NCBI GenBank assembly: GCA_907165135.1
Contig: CAJRAX010000009.1
Location: 1 to 64,000, forward strand
DNA: 64,000 nt
From: Oikopleura dioica
Taxonomy: Eukaryota > Animalia > Chordata
Direction of reading: 5' to 3'
Shown: piece after piece, positions 57,426 through 64,000 of the stretch
Position numbering within the stretch: the stretch's first letter is position 1
How the letters are laid out: each line of letters begins with the position of its first letter
The notes under the pieces: model-generated
Seen by the model: the letters and a program-made list of their open reading frames with translations, nothing else
Database searches by the model: none
What the model was told of the DNA's origin: nothing
Program-made: the position numbers and the translations under genes

Positions 57426-58698
57426 ATGACCACAGAGACCGAATCCACAGAGGCGAAGCCGATTATAATGGCAGAAAGTAAGTCAAATCCATTTCCCGAG
57501 GAAATTTTGATGGCCAGTCTGTCCCCTTTATCTGGATCTCAGTTGATTTCACCGTCCAGTCAGTTGTATCAGTTCCAATTGAATATGAGTATTTTAGAGG
57601 ATAGGTTGTGCTCAATAAAGCGATCTTTTTGAAAGAAGTCTGAAGGACTTTTCTCGAACGGATTTCTCAGATTTAAAGGCTCAATTTGAGCGAAAGCTTT
57701 TAAATTGTATTCGTAGTTCTTGCTCTGAAGAATTTCTAGTGCAATATGGCCGGGACTTAGCCAATGAAACTTGTTACAAAAAGGCTCTTGAGCTTTTGAG
57801 GGAGATTTTGGGGAGGAAAGCGAATCTTTCAGAAAAGCGCGAGCGACGGATGAATTCGAAAATTTGGTCCGAAGGACCGATTTGAATGAAATATTCGTTT
57901 CATTCTTGAAGAAGAATTAAATCGCTTGCGCGACAGATTGATAACCGTAAAGACGCGCTTTGATTTTCCGTCGCTTTTAAGTTTAAAAAATTTCTTGAGC
58001 CCGCAAATTTGAGTTTTTACGCGATCATAAAATGCAAAACTCGAGCGCAGAAAAAATCGCTTAATTTTTAGACGAACGGGAAAGACATCATCTGGCCCAA
58101 GTTTCGAGCGGTTAACACTGATCGAATGAATTCATTTATTGATCAAACTTCGGAAATGTTATCTAAGCAACTGGAAGCATTTAATGAGAGTAATAAAAAG
58201 AGTCAAGAGGCTCATAAAAAGAAAAATGAGGAACTTTCGAAGGCCCTCAAAGATTTGACAGCGACTGTGAACGAATTGAAGTTAGAAAAACAGAAAAATT
58301 CTGATAACAATTCTAGTTCACGAAGCAACTATTTTTTCGCAAGAGCAAAATTATCGTCAGGGCGATTTTAATAAGTTCCGAAATCCTCAGAATTTTCGTC
58401 AAGCAGTCCCGTTTAGTCCTCCTCCAGGTTACCCTCAAAATTTTCAAAATTTTCAAAATCTAGGAGCGCCCCGCAACTTTCAGATGCAACAGAGTCGCCC
58501 TGTTTTGTTTTGTTCTGAATGTGATAAATTCGGGCACATGAAACGTAATTGCCGATTTATCGATTGCCATGGCTGTGGACAAAAGGACACATTCAACGCT
58601 TTTGTTCAGAGAAACAATAATTATGGTCAAAATAATGAATCGAGATAATAGGAATTTCCCTCCCTTTTCGCGTGGTTCTGAAACGGGTACTCGGGTTG
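57426..58698 (+). pseudogene. gag: gag of element 9, frameshifted
   Basis: Homologous to element 1 Gag (MASLSPLSGSQLISP; MNSFIDQTSEMLS; CCHC knuckles) in several frames. Confidence 0.85.
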
Positions 58699-59899
58699 AG
58701 CTCTGGTCAAGCTTTCAATCCGAAAACTTTTGTTAGTTCTTTTAAAAGTTTAGGTCGCCAACATTTTATTGATGCTCACATTTTTAACAAAAACGTAAAA
58801 TTGATGATTGATACAGGCTCACAGATAAATCTTATTGGACGTGAGTATGTGCCTGATTCAGGCGCGATGGGTTAAAATGATTTGAAAAATTTTCGCGTAA
58901 ATAATATATTGTTCCTGTTTTTGGATTTATAGATGACAGATTTAATTTTGATGGACAAAACTGGGGTCGCGCGCGATTCTATGTTGTTAATGATCGATTG
59001 AACTTCATTTCATCGGGAACTTCTTCAATCGAGTTTTTTGAACTTTTTATTGATCTTCATCGCATTTTCATCGATTAAAGGCTGGTGCGATTGAACGATT
59101 TGCAGATATTTCTGAGTTAACAGTAGATCAGACAAATATTCTGATGAACAGTTAGAGGGTTTTAAAATGGATACTGATTACTTTAAATCCAAGAACAGAA
59201 CAATTAGTAGATTTACATTTCGAAACATGAAACTGTCGTCATTATTTTTTGAAAACTCGTGTCTAAAAACGTAAATTAGAATTTTTCCTCCTTGTTGAAG
59301 TTCGCCTGATTCACCAATATTCTAATGCATATTGATTTTTAAGATGACGGATTCTTCAATTTCATTGATAAAGGGACAAAACTAGAAGAGATTTTTGAAG
59401 TTTGTAATGTCGTTGAGATTCAGAGGAAGCAGTTGAAAAAATTCTTCTGATGCGTTTTTTGGCGATTTTGATGAAAATGAGCCATTTTCATTTGAAAATC
59501 TTATGAATGCGTTTTGCTATCGTTTATTAAATGATGGAGTTTATTTTATCGGAATGTTCTGATGCCGAATTGGCAATTTTAGATGATTGATTGAGTTCAT
59601 TTTCATCGCAGCCATATTCTGAACAGTTTTTGGCGTTTTAAGATGATGTGAGTTCATTTGAATAAAAAGATTCTGAATGCGTTTTTGAGCGTTTTAAGAT
59701 GATGTTGATTTCATTTTCATAGAAAAAATAAAAGATGCGATTTTGGCGCCTTTTAGTTGATGTTGAGAAAATTTAATCGAAATAATCATTAGATTCATTT
59801 TTGGCGTTTTTCGATTGAAGAGTTCATTTCTTATATGCAAAAATTAAGCGCATGCGATCTTTATAAGGTTTTTAGATGAGGTTGAATTAGCCCATCTGC

Positions 59900-62800
59900 T
59901 GATAAAACGGCATTCTGATGCGTTTTTGGCGTATTTAGATGATGTTGAGAATGCCGATGGGAAAAAATATTCTGATGCGTTTTTGGCGCTTTTAGATGAT
60001 GTTGAGTTGAAAACATCCCAAAAATATTCTGATGCGTTTTTGGCTTTTTAGATGATGTTTGAGTTCATTTTCAGAGAAAAAATATTCTGAGTTTTTTCGG
60101 ATTTTTAGATGAGGGTTGAGTTCATTTTCATCGCTAAAAATATTCTGAACAGTATTTGCCTTTTACGATGATGTTGAGTTCATTTTCATAGGAACAATAT
60201 TCTGATGCCTTTTTCGGCGTTTTCAGATGATGTTGATTTTAATTTCATCGAAAAAATTATTTGATGAATTTTAGGCGATTTTAGATGATGTTGAGTTCAT
60301 TACAATCGAAAAAATATTTGATGCTTTATTTTTGGCTTTCAAATGAAGTTGACTTCATTTTCATCGACAAATCTTTCTGGACGCCGTTGGAAGACTCCTT
60401 CTTACTGTTGAGCTTCATTTTCATCGCGGGCAGAATATCCCAAACCGGCAAAAAGCGATGATGTATAAGTTCATTTTCATCGTAATCGAATTCGCCGATG
60501 ACTTTTTTGGCGTTTTTAGATGATGTTGAGTTCATTTTCATTGAAAAAACGTGCGCTGATGCCGTTTTTGGCAAGAACGATGATGTTGACATCTCATTTT
60601 CAACGACGAAAAATATTCTGATGCGTTTTTTGGAATTCTGACAACAACAACGACTAATTTTCATCGAAAATTTATTCTGATGCGTTTTTGGCGTTTTTAG
60701 ATGAGTGAGAAAGTTCATTTTCATCGAAAAAATATTCTGATGCGTTTTTGGCGTTTTGATAATGATGTTGAGTTCATTTTCATCAAAAATATTCTGATGC
60801 GTTTTATATAATTTTGAGATGATGTTGAGTTCATTTTCATCGAAAAATATTCTGATGCGTTTTTGGCGTAAGAAGACAATGTTGAGTTCATTTTCATCGA
60901 AAAAATAGAAAAATGCGTTTTTGGCGTTTTAAGATGATGTTGAGTTCATTTTCATTTCAAAAATATTCTGATGCTTTTTTGGCACCACCAGATGATGTTG
61001 AGTTCATTTTCATTGCAAAAATATTCTGATGCGTTTTTGGCAATTTTTGATGTTGTTGAGTTCATTTTCATCGGAAAAATATTCTGATGCGTTTTTGGCG
61101 TTTTTAGATGATGTTGAGTTCATTTTCATCGAAAAAATATTCTGATGCGTTTTTGGCGTTTTTAGATGATGTTGAGTTCATTTTCATCGAGAAAATATTC
61201 TGATGCGTTTTTGGCGTTTTAAGATGATGTTGAGTTCATTTTGATCGAAAAAATATTCTGATGCGTTTTTGGCGTTTTTAGATGATGTTGAGTTCATTTT
61301 CATCGAAAAATATTCTGATGCGTTTTTGGCGTTTTTAGATGATGTTGAGTTCATTTCCATCGAAAAAATATTCTGATGCGTTTTTGGCGTTTTTAGATGA
61401 TGTTGAGTTCATTTACATCGATAAAATATTCTGATGCGTTTTTGGCGTTTTTAGATGATGTTGAGTTCATTTTCATCGAAAAAATATTCTGATGCGTTTT
61501 TGGCGTTTTTAAGATGATGTTGAGTTCATTTTCATCGAAAAAATATTCTGATGCGTTTTTGGCGTTTTTAGATGATGTTGAGTTCATTTTCATCGAAAAA
61601 ATATTCTGATGCGTTTTTGGCGTTTTAAGATGATGTTGAGTTCATTTTCATCAAAAAATATTCTGATGCTTTTTTGGCGTTTTAGATGATGTTGAGTTCA
61701 TTTTCAAAAAAAAATATTCTGATGCGTTTCACGGCGTTTAAAAGATGATGTTGAGTTCATTTTCATCGAAAAATATTCTGATGCGTTTTTGGCCTTCAAA
61801 GATGATGTTGAGTTCATGGCAATCGAAAAAATATTCTGATGCGTTTTTGGCGTTTTTAGATGATGTTGAGTTCATTTTCATCGCTAAAAATATTCTGATG
61901 CGTTTTTGGCGTTTTTAGATGATGTTGAGTTCATTTTAATCGAAAAAATATTCTGATGCGTTTTTGGCGTTTTACGATGATGTTGAGTTCATTTTTATTA
62001 AAAAATATTCTGATGCGTTTTTTGGCGTTTTTACGATGATGTTGAGTTCACGATCATCAAAAAAATATTCTGATGCGTTTTTCTTTTTAAATGATGTTGA
62101 GTTCATTTTCATTTAAAAATATTCTGATGCGTTTTTGGCGACAAATGATGTTGAGTTCACGCCATCGGAAAAATATTCTGATGCTTTTTGGCTTTTTAGA
62201 TGATGTTGAGTTCATTTTCGCGGAAAAAATATTCTGATGCGTTTTTGGCGTTTTTAGATGATGTTGAGTTCATTTTCATCGAAAAAATATTCCGATGCGT
62301 TTTACGGCGTTTTTAGATGATGTTGAGTTCATTTTCATCGAAAAATATTCTGATGCGTTTTTGGCCCGACAAGATGATGTTGACGACATTTTCATACGAA
62401 AAATATTCTGATGCGTTTTTGGCCTTTTTAGATGATGTTGAGTTCATTTTCATCAAAAACGATTCTGATGCGTTTTTGGCGTTTTAAGATGATGTTGAGT
62501 TCATTTTCATGGAAAAAATATTCTGATGCTGTTTTTTGGCGCTTTTAGATGATGTTGAGTTCATTTTCATTGATAAAAATATTCTGATGCGTTTTTCGGC
62601 ATTTTAGATGATGTTGAGTTCATTTTCATCGAAAAAATATTCTGATGCGTTTTTGGCGTTTTAAGACAATGTTGAGTTCATTTTTATCGAAAAAATATTC
62701 TGATGCGTTTTTGGCGTTTTTCCGATGATGTTGAGTTCATTTTCATTTCAAAAATATTCTGATAATTTTTAAAACCACCACCAGATGATGTTGAGTTCAT

Positions 62801-64000
62801 TTTAATCGCAAAAATATTTGATGCGTTTTTGGCGTTTTTAGATGATGTTGAGTTCATTTTCATCGGAAAAATATTCTGATGCGTTTTTTGGCGTTTTTAG
62901 ATGATGTTGAGTTCATTTTCATCGAAAAAATATTCTGATGCGTTTTTGGCGTTTTTAGATGATGTTGAGTTCATTTTAATCGAAAAAATATTCTGATGCG
63001 TTTTTGGCGTTTTTAGATGATGTTGAGTTCATTTTAATCGGAAAAATATTCTGATGCGTTTTTGGCGTTTTAAGATGATGTTGAGTTCATTTTCATCGAA
63101 AAAATATTCTGATGCGTTTTTTGGCGTTTTTAGATGATGTTGAGTTCATTTTCATCGAAAAAATATTCTGATGCGTTTTTTGGCGTTTTTAGATGATGTT
63201 GAGTTCATTTTCATCGCAAAAATATTCTGATGCGTTTTTTGGCGTTTTTAGATGATGTTGAGTTCATTTTCATCGAAAAAATATTCTGATGCGTTTTTGG
63301 CCTTTTAGATGATGTTGAGTTCATTTTCATCGAAAAAATATTCTGATGCGTTTTTGGCGTTTTTAGATGATGTTGAGTTCATTTTCATCGAGAAAATATT
63401 CTGATGCTTTTTTGGCGTTTTTAGATGATGTTGAGTTCATTTTCATCGGAAAAATATTCTGATGCGTTTTTGGCGTTTTTAGATGATGTTGAGTTCATTT
63501 TCATCGAAAAATATTCTGATGCGTTTTTTGGCGTTTTTAGATGATGTTGAGTTCATTTTCATCGAAAAAATATTCTGATGCGTTTTTGGCGTTTTTTGAT
63601 GATGTTGAGTTCATTTTCATCGGAAAAATATTCTGATGCGTTTTTGGCGTTTTTTGATGATGTTGAGTTCATTTTCATCGCAAAAATATTCTGATGCGTT
63701 TTTGGCGTTTTTAGATGATGTTGAGTTCATTTTCATCGAAAAAATATTCTGATGCGTTTTTGGCGTTTTTTGATGATGTTGAGTTCATTTTCATCGAAAA
63801 AATATTCTGATGCGTTTTTGGCGTTTTTAGATGATGTTGAGTTCATTTTCATCGAAAAATATTCTGATGCGTTTTTTGGCGTTTTTAGATGATGTTGAGT
63901 TCATTTTCATCGAAAAAATATTCTGATGCGTTTTTGGCCTTTTATGATGATGTTGAGTTCATTTTCATCGAAAAAATATTCTGATGCGTTTTTGGCGTTT
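59900..64000 (+). repeat. Satellite B array, running off the window end
   Basis: 57-58 bp unit; noisy to ~61000, then clean. Confidence 0.97.

Larger units (their letters stand above)
54909..59500 (+). mobile_element. Ty3/Gypsy element 9 (family 1 variant), 5' LTR plus degraded gag/PR; ends undefined
   Basis: LTR ~54909-57422 is homologous to the element 1 LTR and contains a TIR insertion; gag from ATG 57426; MIDTGSQ near 58805; traces of a second LTR at ~60370-61000. Confidence 0.85.

Noticed and set aside
8820-64000. Short ORFs in the satellite arrays (MNFFSVGF..., MKMNSTSS..., MRFLAFLD...)
   Set aside because: They are translations of tandem repeats with no independent coding evidence.
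8820-64000. CRISPR-like regular repeats
   Set aside because: Units are contiguous with no unique spacers, there are no cas genes, and the context is eukaryotic.
1-64000. Assignment to a specific organism or to plant CRM elements (TGAT...ATCA termini)
   Set aside because: No diagnostic host gene is present; the CRM-type PBS, PPT and CR motif are not seen.

Overview
Eukaryotic, AT-rich, probably (peri)centromeric heterochromatin; no host genes, rRNA, tRNA or CRISPR are recognisable and the organism cannot be named from the sequence. Two tandem-repeat families (satA, ~160-172 bp monomers, 8.8-30 kb; satB, ~57-58 bp monomers, 37.3-64 kb) are interrupted by about ten Ty3/Gypsy LTR-retrotransposon copies from at least five divergent LTR families. 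All intact ends read TGATA...TATCA, and 5-bp target-site duplications are readable for five insertions. One copy (10680-18433) looks fully intact: Gag with two CCHC knuckles, -1 frameshift, PR-RT-RNaseH-IN, near-identical LTRs. Others are disrupted by a piggyBac-type MITE, nesting, deletion or solo-LTR formation. Unusual shared features of the clade: (i) a three-way-junction RNA fold in 14 LTR copies with base-pair covariation across families; (ii) insertions clustered at a few bases of the satellite monomers; (iii) integrase ending in an acidic linker plus a duplicated SAP/HeH-like module instead of a chromodomain; (iv) a CX8HXHX3C insertion in RNase H; (v) no polypurine tract; (vi) the gag ATG at or within 4 nt of the 5' LTR end. 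Sequence quality appears to fall along the window: clean to ~23 kb, rich in homopolymer indels at 24-37 kb, and a colinear mosaic of retroelement and satB sequence at ~37.6-61 kb that is most likely a consensus/polishing artefact. All alignments and folds were done by eye.
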